From the NCBI GenBank assembly GCA_944392225.1, contig CALXWB010000005.1, forward strand, positions 1-61,987: a stretch of 61,987 nt of DNA, given 5' to 3'. The stretch comes from an uncultured Alphaproteobacteria bacterium. GTDB lineage: Bacteria > Pseudomonadota > Alphaproteobacteria > RF32 > CAG-239. A program made the translations under genes and the position numbers. A model generated the notes under the pieces. That model did not search any database, had not been told where the DNA came from, and saw nothing but the letters and a program-made list of their open reading frames with translations. Shown here in pieces: positions 27,874 through 37,520 of this stretch (its first letter is position 1; each line of letters begins with the position of its first letter).

Positions 27874-28992
27874 ATGATATTTGCCACTCTTAAAGAACTT
27901 TACCCTCATGAGAATCGGGTTGCCGCAAGCGTTGAAGTTATCAAACGAATCGTCGAATCCGGGCATCGTTTTCTGGTTGAAAGCGGCGCCGGGAACTTGG
28001 CTTGCTTAAGCGATGATCAGATGAAACAAGCCGGGGCTGAAATTGTCTCTTCTGCCAAGGAAATATACCAAAAAGCCGATGTTATTTTCAAAATTTGGGC
28101 GCCCCTGCCGCAAGAAATCAAATATCTTAAAGAAGAACAAATCATCATTGCTTATTTTAAAACCTATAACAACCAAAAAAACTTGGCCGCTTTGGCCGAA
28201 AAAGGCGTGATTGGCTATGCACTGAACCTGTTGCCGCGCACTTCTCGCGCCCAATCTATGGATATTTTGTCTTCGCAAAGCAGCTTGGCCGGCTATAAAG
28301 CCGTTGTGAATGCTGTGGCTCTGCACAAAAAAGCCGCCCCGATGATGATGACTGCGGCCGGAACCGTTGCTCCTATCAAAGTGTTGATTTTGGGCGCGGG
28401 AGTGGCCGGCCTCCAGGCCATTGCCACGGCAAAACGCTTGGGCGCCGTTGTTTATGCCTCTGATGTTAGAAAAGAGGTTAAAGAACAAGTGGAATCTTTG
28501 GGCGGACGCTTTTTGGAAGTTTCGGCACAAACGCAATTTTCCGATGCTTCCGGCTATGCCACCGAAACAACAGCCGAATATCAGAAACGCCAGCAAGAGG
28601 CCGTTGCGCAACAGCTTTTGCAGACAGATATTGTTATCACCACGGCACAATTGCCCGGCCGCGCCGCACCAAGATTAATCAGCAAAGAAATGTTGCGCCA
28701 TATGCCCAAAGGCGGCATTGTTATGGATATGGCAGCTGACAGCGGCGGCAATGTTGAAGGCTCGGTTGACGGAGAAAGCGTTGATATCAACGGCGTGACC
28801 GTTATCGGCTGCTCTAATCTGGCTTCGGAAGTTGCCGCAACCGCCAGCGCCTTATTTGCCAAAAATATGCTCAATTTTGCCAATTTGGCTTATCATGCCG
28901 ATAGCAAACAGTTTGATTTTCACGTTTCTGATGAACTTGTTCAGAAAACTTGTATTTGCAAAAATTATCACCTTACGGAGAACGTCAAATGA
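27874..28992 (+). CDS. pntAA: NAD(P) transhydrogenase subunit alpha part 1 (dI)
   Basis: The ORF is 372 aa. It carries ENRVAAS..VESGAG and the Rossmann motif ILGAGVAGLQAIATAKRLGA. Confidence 0.93.
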   Translation: MIFATLKELYPHENRVAASVEVIKRIVESGHRFLVESGAGNLACLSDDQMKQAGAEIVSSAKEIYQKADVIFKIWAPLPQEIKYLKEEQIIIAYFKTYNNQKNLAALAEKGVIGYALNLLPRTSRAQSMDILSSQSSLAGYKAVVNAVALHKKAAPMMMTAAGTVAPIKVLILGAGVAGLQAIATAKRLGAVVYASDVRKEVKEQVESLGGRFLEVSAQTQFSDASGYATETTAEYQKRQQEAVAQQLLQTDIVITTAQLPGRAAPRLISKEMLRHMPKGGIVMDMAADSGGNVEGSVDGESVDINGVTVIGCSNLASEVAATASALFAKNMLNFANLAYHADSKQFDFHVSDELVQKTCICKNYHLTENVK

Positions 28993-29300
28993 ATGATTGG
29001 GGAACCTTGCTCACCATTTTCACCTTGGCCTGCTTTATCGGCTATTTTGTTATTTGGGGTGTGACACCGGCTTTGCATTCTCCGTTGATGAGCGTGTCAA
29101 ACGCCATTTCCGGCATTGTTATCATCGGTGCTTTTGTTGCCGCCGGACAAAACGATATGAACGAAACAAAAATTTTGAGCATTTTGGCCATTGTCTTTGC
29201 CTCAATCAATATTTTCGGCGGGTTTGCCGTTTCTCAACGCATGCTCGCAATGTTTAAGAAAAAACAAGCTTCAAACAAAACTCCAGGAGAAAAAAGATGA
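28989..29300 (+). CDS. pntAB: NAD(P) transhydrogenase subunit alpha part 2 (membrane dII-alpha)
   Basis: The ORF is about 103 aa with 3 TM segments (LHSPLMSVSNAISGIVIIGA). It has ATGA overlaps on both sides. Confidence 0.88.
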   Translation: MNDWGTLLTIFTLACFIGYFVIWGVTPALHSPLMSVSNAISGIVIIGAFVAAGQNDMNETKILSILAIVFASINIFGGFAVSQRMLAMFKKKQASNKTPGEKR

Positions 29301-30649
29301 ACCAAAATTTTTCTACGCTTATTTATCTTTTATCTGCCGTTTTGTTTATTTTATCCATTCGGAGCTTATCTGCCCCCAACACGGCACGCCGAGGCAATGC
29401 TCTGGGCATTTTGGGCATGATGCTTGCCATTGCGGCCTCTCTGACCTTTGGACAGATTCAAGATTTTGTTTGGATTTTTGCCGCCATTATTTTCGGAGCC
29501 GTTATCGGCCTTTATGCTGCCGTAAAAGTGAAAATGACGGCCTTGCCGCAGATGGTTGCCGTGTTTAACGGTTTGGGCGGGCTCTCTTCCGTTCTGATTG
29601 CTTTGGCAGAAATTTTGGGCGGCTCTCACAGCCCGGTTGAAACCTCCTTGGGCTTGGTTATCGGCGCCGTGGCTTTTTCCGGCTCGATGGTGGCTTTTGC
29701 AAAATTGCAAGGTCTTATTTCCGCCAAGCCGATACATTCTCGCCTTCTCCACCTGACAAACCTGGTTTTGTTTTTGGCCTTGATTGGGTGTCTGGTTCAT
29801 TTTGGCTTTAAAGCCGAGGTGCGAATCTTCTATCTTTTGACATTTGTTGCTCTTGTTTGGGGTGTTTTTCTGGTTTTGCCGGTGGGCGGCGCAGATATGC
29901 CGATTATCATCTCTCTTCTGAACGCTTGCTCCGGCTGGGCTGCCGTTAGCATCGGCTTTTCTCTTAACAATGTTTTGCTCATAATTACCGGGGCTTTGGT
30001 CGGTGCCGGCGGTGCTATTTTGTCTTATGTAATGGTCAAGGCTATGAACCGCTCCCTCAGCCATATTTTGTTTGGCTCTTTGGCGCAGCAACAAACCCTC
30101 GTCTCTGCCGAACAGAAAACAGCCAAAAGCGGAAGCCCGACAGATGCCGCCTTTATTATGGAAAATGCAAGTAAGGTCATTATTGTTCCCGGATACGGCA
30201 TGGCCGTGGCTCAGGCTCAACATATTTTGGCAGAAATGGGCAAAGATTTGCACGAAAAATTTGGTGTGGAGGTTAAATATGCCATTCATCCCGTGGCCGG
30301 ACGCATGCCCGGACATATGAATGTTTTGCTGGCAGAGGCTAACGTGCCTTATGAAGATGTTTTCTCCCTTGAAGATATCAACCGCGAATTTGCCACGGCG
30401 GATGTGGCTTATGTTATCGGCGCAAACGATGTGACAAACCCGCTGGCCAAGACAGACTCTTCTTCTCCGCTTTATGGAATGCCGGTGTTGGATGTGGAAA
30501 AAGCAAAAACCGTTTTCTTTGTTAAACGCTCGCTTAACTCAGGATATTCCGGCGTGGATAATCCGCTGTTTTATGCCGACAACACCATCATGCTTTATGG
30601 CGATGCCAAAAACGTGACAGAAGAAATTGTTTCCGTTTTGGAAAAATGA
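29297..30649 (+). CDS. pntB: NAD(P) transhydrogenase subunit beta
   Basis: The ORF is 450 aa, with a membrane N-terminal half and a dIII domain (IIVPGYGMAVAQAQ, HPVAGRMPGHMNVLLAEA, GANDVTNP). Confidence 0.95.
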   Translation: MNQNFSTLIYLLSAVLFILSIRSLSAPNTARRGNALGILGMMLAIAASLTFGQIQDFVWIFAAIIFGAVIGLYAAVKVKMTALPQMVAVFNGLGGLSSVLIALAEILGGSHSPVETSLGLVIGAVAFSGSMVAFAKLQGLISAKPIHSRLLHLTNLVLFLALIGCLVHFGFKAEVRIFYLLTFVALVWGVFLVLPVGGADMPIIISLLNACSGWAAVSIGFSLNNVLLIITGALVGAGGAILSYVMVKAMNRSLSHILFGSLAQQQTLVSAEQKTAKSGSPTDAAFIMENASKVIIVPGYGMAVAQAQHILAEMGKDLHEKFGVEVKYAIHPVAGRMPGHMNVLLAEANVPYEDVFSLEDINREFATADVAYVIGANDVTNPLAKTDSSSPLYGMPVLDVEKAKTVFFVKRSLNSGYSGVDNPLFYADNTIMLYGDAKNVTEEIVSVLEK

Positions 30650-30656
30650 GGCTGAT

Positions 30657-31226
30657 TTAATAAATGCCGAGCCAGCTCAAAAACAGCGCGCCAAACAAAA
30701 CCAAATATAAAATCACACCCATAAAATCGTGACCGGCAACGCGCATGTCTTGCACCGAAGGCACTGCATTTTCTATGATGATGGTTTGTAACAAAACATA
30801 TAAGAGATAGTTGCCCAAAGTTGCCGGCATCATCGGCAAGATAAGTTTGTCCAGATAATAGCCCATCGGCAAAAGCAACAACGGAGCCAAGGCGGCCGGC
30901 ACCGCATTATAGCCCGTGATGTTGCGAAAAGCAACCGAGCCCATGACATATCCTCCATCCATCGAACGCCGCGGAAATATGGAAAAATTGCAGGGCTGCG
31001 CGTTTAAAAGCCCGCCGACCAAAGCATGCATGGTCTCGTGCAAAAATGTGCCGGGAATATTTACTAGCGTGCACATCCACATGCTTTTATAGGTGGCATA
31101 TTTGAAACGGGAAATAAATATCACCATCAAAATCAGATAAAAACGATTGTCCAAAACATGTTGCAAAAAAGCCGGTGAACTGATGATGGCCGAAAGCCTT
31201 GAATATATCAGATATATATGTTCCAT
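30657..31226 (-). CDS. Putative membrane zinc metallopeptidase (HExxH; M50B/DUF3267-like)
   Basis: The ORF is 189 aa and polytopic. It has FLHETMHALVGG followed by a GG-containing segment. It is a paralog in style of 35058-35741. Confidence 0.5.
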   Translation of the reverse strand: MEHIYLIYSRLSAIISSPAFLQHVLDNRFYLILMVIFISRFKYATYKSMWMCTLVNIPGTFLHETMHALVGGLLNAQPCNFSIFPRRSMDGGYVMGSVAFRNITGYNAVPAALAPLLLLPMGYYLDKLILPMMPATLGNYLLYVLLQTIIIENAVPSVQDMRVAGHDFMGVILYLVLFGALFLSWLGIY

Positions 31227-31236
31227 GTTGTGGTCC

Positions 31237-31830
31237 TTATCTTAAGGTGCTCAACCCGGCTAAATAGGTGTTCAACAGCAACTGACACAAATTTCTTTTA
31301 TTGATTTTGCTCATTTTATCTAAGTTGTTTTTGGTCAAATATGCGCTCAAAGAAAACAAACTCAGCCACAAAACCTGCATGAAAACTTTTAACTCCGCCC
31401 CTTTTTTGCCTTTATATATTTGCCTCAAATCATCTCGCCAAAGGTTGGTGATTTTTAATATTTGGCGGCGATAAGACAGCGGATAGGCCGCATTTTTATT
31501 CTGCAAATGAAAATTATATAACAAATACCATAAATCTTGATGATTGATGACATATGAAACAAAAGCATCTACATAGCGGTTGAGGTTGAGATAGGGATTT
31601 TTATCCGGCAGCAAAATGCTCAATTTGGCAAAAAGCTCTTCCAATGTCAGCCGGTTTTGCGCCAAAACAAAATTATCCATGTTGGAAAATTGGTTATATA
31701 TTGTGCCCACAGAATAGCCCGTGGCATCTGAAAGTTTGCGCGCGGTTAAAAAATCTGCCCCTTTTTCTTTGACCAAATCTCGGCCTTTTTGTAACAAAAT
31801 TTGGCGAATGTTGTTTTTTATTTCCGTCAT
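31237..31830 (-). CDS. TetR/AcrR family transcriptional regulator
   Basis: The ORF is 197 aa and has the N-terminal HTH segment LTARKLSDATGYSVGTIYNQFSNMD. Confidence 0.85.
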   Translation of the reverse strand: MTEIKNNIRQILLQKGRDLVKEKGADFLTARKLSDATGYSVGTIYNQFSNMDNFVLAQNRLTLEELFAKLSILLPDKNPYLNLNRYVDAFVSYVINHQDLWYLLYNFHLQNKNAAYPLSYRRQILKITNLWRDDLRQIYKGKKGAELKVFMQVLWLSLFSLSAYLTKNNLDKMSKINKRNLCQLLLNTYLAGLSTLR

Positions 31831-31882
31831 TGTTATATATTCATTAAGAAAGTTTTGTTATTTTTCTGTAATATAAAACAAG

Positions 31883-31899
31883 ATTGAACAGTGTTCAAT
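31883..31899. promoter_or_regulatory. Perfect 8-1-8 palindrome ATTGAACA-g-TGTTCAAT, a candidate TetR operator
   Basis: It lies in the divergent intergenic region between tetR (start at 31830) and the secreted-protein gene (ATG at 31926). Confidence 0.45.
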
Positions 31900-31925
31900 T
31901 TTTTTCTCATCCGAGGGGGAAAATT

Positions 31926-32795
31926 ATGCTCAAAAAACTTTTTTTTGCTCTGAGCTTATCGGCTCTTTATCCATTATCTGTTCTGGCTCAAGATAATGCT
32001 GACTTTTTTCAGGATATTCTTATCAGCGACGAGCTCAAACAACAAGAAGCCGCGCAACAAGCACAACAACAGCTGGAAGAGAATCGTGCCGAAGCGCAAG
32101 ATGCTGCCGGTGCTTTGCTTGACGCCAAGCCCAAAAACTTAAAAATTGATATGCCGGAACTGCCGCGCAGATCTCAAACCACACCCCAACCCGAACCGCA
32201 AGAAGATGTGCAAAACCTTGACGCTGCTCCTTTCGGCCTTTTGTGGAAAGCCAATATTGATACCATTAAAAATATGGGTGTTATCCTCACCCCGGTGGAA
32301 GAGAAAGACTATGTAAACTCTTTTATTGCCACGGGATTGCCTAAGGGGGCTCTGGATTTTAAATCCGTCAAGCTCACTTTTGGTGAAGAAAACGAACTGT
32401 GGCGCATTATCGCCGTCAGCGATTTTATGCAAGATACACCCAGCGCCGAAAAAGGCTTGCGGCTTTATAATACTTATTCTCGCTTGCTGGACCAAAAATA
32501 CGGCAACAAGCAAGAGTTCTATACCCCGGCAATGAAAACCATTGAAAAAACAGTTATCGTCAATAGAAAAGAAACCATCCAAACCGAGCAAGTGCCTTAT
32601 GAAATCGGTAACCCGGAATTTCTGTCTCAGCTGCAAAACGGCTCGGCTACACTTTATTGCACCTTTGTCGGCAACGGGGTCGGTGCGGCTATCACGCTCA
32701 GCGTTGACGGCGACGGACAAAGCTATATCGTCATTGATTATAAAAACTTGAAAATTCTTCAAGAAAGAGAACAAGAAGCCGTCGATATTTTATAA
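31926..32795 (+). CDS. Hypothetical secreted protein (signal peptide, Gln/Glu-rich linker, globular C-terminal domain)
   Basis: It begins MLKKLFFALSLSALYPLSVLAQD, and the ATG is preceded by GAGGGGGA. I recognise no family. Confidence 0.55.
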   Translation: MLKKLFFALSLSALYPLSVLAQDNADFFQDILISDELKQQEAAQQAQQQLEENRAEAQDAAGALLDAKPKNLKIDMPELPRRSQTTPQPEPQEDVQNLDAAPFGLLWKANIDTIKNMGVILTPVEEKDYVNSFIATGLPKGALDFKSVKLTFGEENELWRIIAVSDFMQDTPSAEKGLRLYNTYSRLLDQKYGNKQEFYTPAMKTIEKTVIVNRKETIQTEQVPYEIGNPEFLSQLQNGSATLYCTFVGNGVGAAITLSVDGDGQSYIVIDYKNLKILQEREQEAVDIL

Positions 32796-32810
32796 AATGA
32801 GGAATTTTGC

Positions 32811-34175
32811 ATGAAAAAAATCTGTTTTTGCGGAATATCGGGCAGCGGCGTTTCTCCTTTGGCTCAAATTATGGCGCTCAAAGGCTACGAAGTGCGCGGC
32901 TCCGACCGTAGTTTTGATAACGGCAAGGACCAAGAACAAAAACAAAAATTGCAGGAGCTCGGAATCAAAATCTTTCCGCAAGACGGTTCCGCCATCACCC
33001 CAGATTTGGACGTGCTTTATGCCTCAACCGCCGTGGAAGACACAATCCCCGATGTGAAAGCCGCAAAAGCCTTAAATATCCCCGTAAAAACACGGCCCGA
33101 GCTTTTGGCTGAGCTCTTTGATGAATATGAGTTCAATATTGCCATCGGCGGAACTTCCGGCAAAACCACAACCACCGCTATGGTCGGCTATATCTTGGAC
33201 AAGCTTGATAAAAAGCCTTGTGTGATTAACGGCGGTTTGCTCCTCAACTATACCAAACAAAAAGGAATCCCGAATTTTATTTTTAACCAAGGCGATATTT
33301 GCGTGATTGAGGCGGATGAAAGCAACGGAACAATTGAAAAATATGCCCCATATATCGGGCTTATCAATAATATCGGCGAAGATCACAAATCTTTAGATGA
33401 ACTGAAAATATTGTTCCAAAATTTTGCTGACCGCTGTAAATTTGGTTTGGTGATTAATGATGATTGTGAAAACAGCAAAAATATCATCAATCCTAAAATC
33501 CAGAATTTGCGTTTTTCTCTCAAAAACCCACAGGCTGATTTTTATGCTTATGACATTACGCCTCTGCCGCATGGCGTTTCTTATATGTTGGACGGCAAAA
33601 AATTTCAGCTCAAACTCATTGGCAACTTCAACGTGGCCAACGCATTGGCTGTCATTGCCGTTTGTTCTCTTTTGGGGGTGGACAGATTTGAAGCCGCCAA
33701 AACATTGGAAAGTTTTCTCGGCACAAAACGCCGCTTGGAAGTTATCGGCGTGAAAAACAATATCACCGTGATTGATGATTTTGCACATAACCCCGATAAG
33801 GTTGACGCCTCAACCAAGGCTCTGCGCGATTATGACGGGCGCTTAATCATCATGTTTCAACCGCACGGCTTTGCCCCGATGAAGCAGTTTGGTAAGCAGA
33901 TTATGCAGGCTTTTGCCAAAAACCTCAACCCCGATGATATTTTGATTTTGCCGGATATTTTCTTTGCCGGCGGCACGGTTAACCAAAGCATTTCTTCCGC
34001 CGATTTGGTGCATGATGCCAAAAATTTTGATGCCAATGCTTTTTATATTCCCAAACGCTCGGATATTCAAAAATTTATTCTGCAAACGGCAAAAAAAGGT
34101 GACCGAATCGTTATTATGGGTGCCAGAGATAATTCTCTCTCGCTTTTTTGCCATGATTTGTTGGAGGCCCTCTAG
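32811..34175 (+). CDS. Mur ligase family protein (MurC/Mpl-like), possibly a murein-peptide ligase given the adjacent ldcA
   Basis: The ORF is 454 aa. It has the P-loop GGTSGKTTTTAM, plus VIEADESNG and DDFAHNPDKV. It lies immediately upstream of an LD-carboxypeptidase gene. Confidence 0.7.
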   Translation: MKKICFCGISGSGVSPLAQIMALKGYEVRGSDRSFDNGKDQEQKQKLQELGIKIFPQDGSAITPDLDVLYASTAVEDTIPDVKAAKALNIPVKTRPELLAELFDEYEFNIAIGGTSGKTTTTAMVGYILDKLDKKPCVINGGLLLNYTKQKGIPNFIFNQGDICVIEADESNGTIEKYAPYIGLINNIGEDHKSLDELKILFQNFADRCKFGLVINDDCENSKNIINPKIQNLRFSLKNPQADFYAYDITPLPHGVSYMLDGKKFQLKLIGNFNVANALAVIAVCSLLGVDRFEAAKTLESFLGTKRRLEVIGVKNNITVIDDFAHNPDKVDASTKALRDYDGRLIIMFQPHGFAPMKQFGKQIMQAFAKNLNPDDILILPDIFFAGGTVNQSISSADLVHDAKNFDANAFYIPKRSDIQKFILQTAKKGDRIVIMGARDNSLSLFCHDLLEAL

Positions 34176-35072
34176 ATGATGTTTCACTTGAAAAAAGGCG
34201 ATAAGGTCGGTATAGCCTCTCCTGCCGGGTTTCTTACCTCACCCAAAGATATTGAACTTGCCGTCAAATATCTTACCGCTCACGGTTTTGTTCCCGTTAT
34301 CGGCAAACATGTTTTTGATAAATATTTTTATATGGCAGGCAAAGATGAGGCGCGCGCTTCTGATGTCAACCGCTTTTTTGCCGACCCTGAAATTAAGGCC
34401 ATATTTACAACCGCCGGCGGTTGCGGCTCGCAAAGAATCCTCCCGTATCTTGACTATCAGCTCATCAAAAAAAACAAAAAACCGCTCTTTGGTTTGAGTG
34501 ATAACACTTCTTTGCAAAATGCATTGTTGGCCAAAGCCGGTTGCCCTAGCGTGACGGGTTTTTCTTTGAAATATGACTTTAAGAGCGGCAACATCTCTGC
34601 TTTTACCGAAGCCTCCCTCTTACAAGTTTGGGCAGGGAAAAAACAAAAAATCAAAAGCGGTGAAACGCTTAATCCGGGACGGGCTCAGGGCGAGCTTATC
34701 GGCGGATGTTTGAGCACTTTTCGCAATCTTTGCGGCACGCCCTATTTTCCCACTCTCAAAGGCAAAATTTTGCTCATTGAAGACGTGGGTGAGCGCACGC
34801 ATAAAATTGGCGTTATGCTCACTCAGCTCTCACAACAAAAAGACTTTGATAAGCTTGCCGGAATCATCTTCGGAAAATTTGTTAACTGCGAACCTTTTGA
34901 AGCGCAAGACGGCTCTGTTGACGAGGCTTTACAAGAATTTGCTCAAAACTTTGCCTCACAAATCCCCGTTATCAAAAATTTTGACTACGGGCATGTGCCC
35001 AACCGCTATGTTTTGCCTTTGGGTCAAAAGGTGCAAATTGATGCTCTGTCTTGCCTCTTAGAATATTTGTGA
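34176..35072 (+). CDS. ldcA: LD-carboxypeptidase (S66, LdcA-like muramoyltetrapeptide carboxypeptidase)
   Basis: The ORF is 298 aa. It carries GGCGSQRILPYLDY, the nucleophile motif GLSDNTSL, and a C-terminal DYGHVPN. Confidence 0.85.
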   Translation: MMFHLKKGDKVGIASPAGFLTSPKDIELAVKYLTAHGFVPVIGKHVFDKYFYMAGKDEARASDVNRFFADPEIKAIFTTAGGCGSQRILPYLDYQLIKKNKKPLFGLSDNTSLQNALLAKAGCPSVTGFSLKYDFKSGNISAFTEASLLQVWAGKKQKIKSGETLNPGRAQGELIGGCLSTFRNLCGTPYFPTLKGKILLIEDVGERTHKIGVMLTQLSQQKDFDKLAGIIFGKFVNCEPFEAQDGSVDEALQEFAQNFASQIPVIKNFDYGHVPNRYVLPLGQKVQIDALSCLLEYL

Positions 35073-35741
35073 GATTTTTTGCAGCACAAAATTGATGTTC
35101 TGCGCATTGAGATGCTCTATCAGTTTTTGGTAGATAAAAAATCCGTCCCAACCGCGACTGTTAAAGGCTGCCATGGAGCCAATGGCCCAAAAATTTGCTC
35201 CCGGCAAAAAGATAAAGCAAAATTTATATCCCACCTTGGGTAAATCCGTCTGTTTATCATGAATTTGCGAGGTGACCGTATCAACATGATAGCCAATGAA
35301 AAAGCCCATTATCAAATTCAAAATAAAATTGCTGCCCCAATAGTGCGTGTAAAATGAAATGCCAAACATGACACACATACCAAACAGCGGAAAAAAGTAT
35401 GGTGCAATGATTATCAGCCAATTGATGGGGCCGCTGAAGCTCATTTCTCCACCATCATTTTCCGGGTTAACACGCAAGCTCTTGACCTTGTGCAGCGTTA
35501 AAAGCGCAAAAAAAGCGTGTGTCATCTCGTGGGCGGCAATTTCCATGGTGGTTTTGGTGTCCGTGTCCATAAAACCGCGGATGATGAAAAAGCCCAAAAA
35601 ACCGCCAATCATTGCCAATGTCGGGATATTTCCTATGCGAAAATATGACAATGATTGCACAAATGCCGGTATGGATATGAGCATATATATGGCAACCGGC
35701 CATTTCAAAAGTTCAATAATCTTATTCAACAAAGTTTGCAT
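35058..35741 (-). CDS. Putative membrane zinc metallopeptidase (HExxH; M50B/DUF3267-like)
   Basis: The ORF is 227 aa and polytopic. It has AAHEMTHAFFALLT followed by NPENDGGEMSF. It converges on the ldcA end and overlaps it by 15 nt. Confidence 0.5.
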   Translation of the reverse strand: MQTLLNKIIELLKWPVAIYMLISIPAFVQSLSYFRIGNIPTLAMIGGFLGFFIIRGFMDTDTKTTMEIAAHEMTHAFFALLTLHKVKSLRVNPENDGGEMSFSGPINWLIIIAPYFFPLFGMCVMFGISFYTHYWGSNFILNLIMGFFIGYHVDTVTSQIHDKQTDLPKVGYKFCFIFLPGANFWAIGSMAAFNSRGWDGFFIYQKLIEHLNAQNINFVLQKISQIF

Positions 35742-35884
35742 TCTTTTTTCCCTCTTTTATTATCTTTAGCCGATTTCTTTATTTTTTTCATCTGCTTTCC
35801 GCAAAATATTAACATTTCTTCAATCTATATGAGTTAAACTACAGAAAATTAATACAGATTTTATCACCCTCGAGGAGAATAACC

Positions 35885-36184
35885 ATGGATGAAAATGAAT
35901 TAAATACATATGATTTTATTATCAACGATGAAGGCGAGGTTATGCTCTTGTTGCATGCTCAGGAAACCGAACCAAAGAATGCACGTATTGAGGTTGATGT
36001 TCAGGAAAAATCTGCCGTGCTCATCCGCAACTCAGATGATGAAATTTTGCTGCAAGATTTGCCCGATGACGTGATTGATAATATGCAAGATGAAGATACC
36101 ATTTTGGTTTGCGAACTCAAAATCGGCGAAAAAGAAGAAGATACGCAGATTGTTTATACCTATGAAGCCGAAATTAACTTATAA
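35885..36184 (+). CDS. Hypothetical small, highly acidic protein
   Basis: The ORF is 99 aa and very rich in Asp/Glu. GAGGAGA lies 7 nt upstream of the ATG, and a strong terminator follows. Confidence 0.5.
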   Translation: MDENELNTYDFIINDEGEVMLLLHAQETEPKNARIEVDVQEKSAVLIRNSDDEILLQDLPDDVIDNMQDEDTILVCELKIGEKEEDTQIVYTYEAEINL

Positions 36185-36204
36185 TTTTTACTTTGATTTA
36201 TATC

Positions 36205-36237
36205 AAAAAAAAGGCTCTCGTTTGAGAGCCTTTTTTT
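36205..36237. terminator. Bidirectional terminator between 35885-36184 (+) and fba (-)
   Basis: ggctctc (36213-36219) pairs with gagagcc (36224-36230), flanked by A8 and T7 runs. Confidence 0.8.
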
Positions 36238-36259
36238 GTTTGTTTTGCTTTTTTTATTG

Positions 36260-37309
36260 CTAGATTTCTCCGGCAGCATATTTCTTTGCCATTTCTGACA
36301 TCGGAATAACTTTGATTTTGTCGGCATGTCCGGCAGCACCAAATGCCACATAACGAGATTCACAAACTTTTTGCATCTCTTCAATGGCCGGTTTCAAATA
36401 TTTGCGCGGATCAAACTCTTTCGGGTTTTCGGCAAACAATTTGCGAATCGCTCCGGTAATGGCCATGCGGCAATCGGTATCAACGTTTACTTTACGAACG
36501 CCGGATTTGATACCGCGGACAATTTCTTCAACCGGCACGCCATATGTTTGCGGAATGGCACCGCCATAAGCATTAATCAAATCTTGCAGCTCTTGCGGAA
36601 CTGAAGATGAACCATGCATAACCATATGAGTGTTCGGCAATTTTTTGTGAATCTTTTCAATAACGTCAATGGCCAAAATTTCACCATCGGGTTTGCGGGT
36701 GAATTTATATGCACCATGAGATGTGCCAACGGCAACAGCCAAAGCATCCAATTTGGTTTCTGCCACAAAACGTGCAGCTTCATCCGGGTCTGTGACCAGG
36801 CGTTTTCTGTCAATCACGCCTTCAGCACCGTGGCCGTCTTCTTTATCACCCTTGCCGGTTTCCAAAGAACCGATAACACCCAACTCGCCTTCAACAGAGG
36901 CACCAACGGCATGTGCTCTGGCAACAACCTCTTTGGTCACTCTGACATTATATTCAAAAGAAGAAGGGGTTTTGCCGTCTGCTTCCAAAGAGCCGTCCAT
37001 CATGACGGAAGAATAGCCGTTAACAATGGCTGATTGGCAGATATCTACCGATGAACCATGGTCTTGGTGAATGCAAATCGGCAATTCCGGGAACATTTCA
37101 ATTCCGGCTTGAACCATGTGACGAATCATCGGGTCTCCGGCAAATTTGCGGGCGCCGGTTGAGGTTTGCAAAATAACCGGGGCATTGACTTTTTTGGCAG
37201 CTTGCAAAACTGCAATCACTTGCTCCATATCATTAATGTTGAATGCCGGAACACCATAATTGTTTTCGGCGGCGTGGTCAAGAATCTGACGCATTGTAAC
37301 TAAAGGCAT
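36260..37309 (-). CDS. fba: Class II fructose-bisphosphate aldolase
   Basis: The ORF is 349 aa. It carries AENNYGVPAFNINDMEQ, IHQDHG, and VMHGSSSVP..YGG motifs. Confidence 0.93.
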   Translation of the reverse strand: MPLVTMRQILDHAAENNYGVPAFNINDMEQVIAVLQAAKKVNAPVILQTSTGARKFAGDPMIRHMVQAGIEMFPELPICIHQDHGSSVDICQSAIVNGYSSVMMDGSLEADGKTPSSFEYNVRVTKEVVARAHAVGASVEGELGVIGSLETGKGDKEDGHGAEGVIDRKRLVTDPDEAARFVAETKLDALAVAVGTSHGAYKFTRKPDGEILAIDVIEKIHKKLPNTHMVMHGSSSVPQELQDLINAYGGAIPQTYGVPVEEIVRGIKSGVRKVNVDTDCRMAITGAIRKLFAENPKEFDPRKYLKPAIEEMQKVCESRYVAFGAAGHADKIKVIPMSEMAKKYAAGEI

Positions 37310-37480
37310 ATTTTAACTCCTTCTTTTTTTTGTTTTAAACATAATCTACTGCCGTCAATATATATCCTTCCTGTTCTTTTGCAAGCAAATTATCTGTTTT
37401 TTACATTTTAACAAAACTGTCATGATTATTTTTTGTTTTTTGTGTTATTCTATATTCATATCAATCCTCCTCTCAAGTGA

Positions 37481-37520
37481 GGCATTTCACTTCTGTTTTG
37501 ATGTGAAATGCCTTTTTTTT
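37481..37520 (+). terminator. Strong plus-strand rho-independent terminator with no annotated upstream gene
   Basis: ggcatttcac (37481-37490) pairs with gtgaaatgcc (37503-37512) and is followed by T8. The minus-strand reading has no T tail. Confidence 0.7.

Noticed and set aside
27874-29300. The PntA alpha subunit is split into two ORFs, which could indicate a frameshift.
   Set aside because: Split pntAA/pntAB with ATGA coupling is the normal arrangement in Rhodospirillum-type (alphaproteobacterial) transhydrogenases.
29366-30316. Other long antisense ORFs: 29366-30316 over pntB, 13213-13890 over topA, 2374-3006 over fabZ, 52686-53447 over sucD/sucC, 28006-28650 over pntAA, 32139-32774, 58434-59039, 33393-33788 and 46543-46992.
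   Set aside because: All share the same frame relationship to a well-supported sense gene, checked by coordinates modulo 3. They are shadows of codon bias, not genes.
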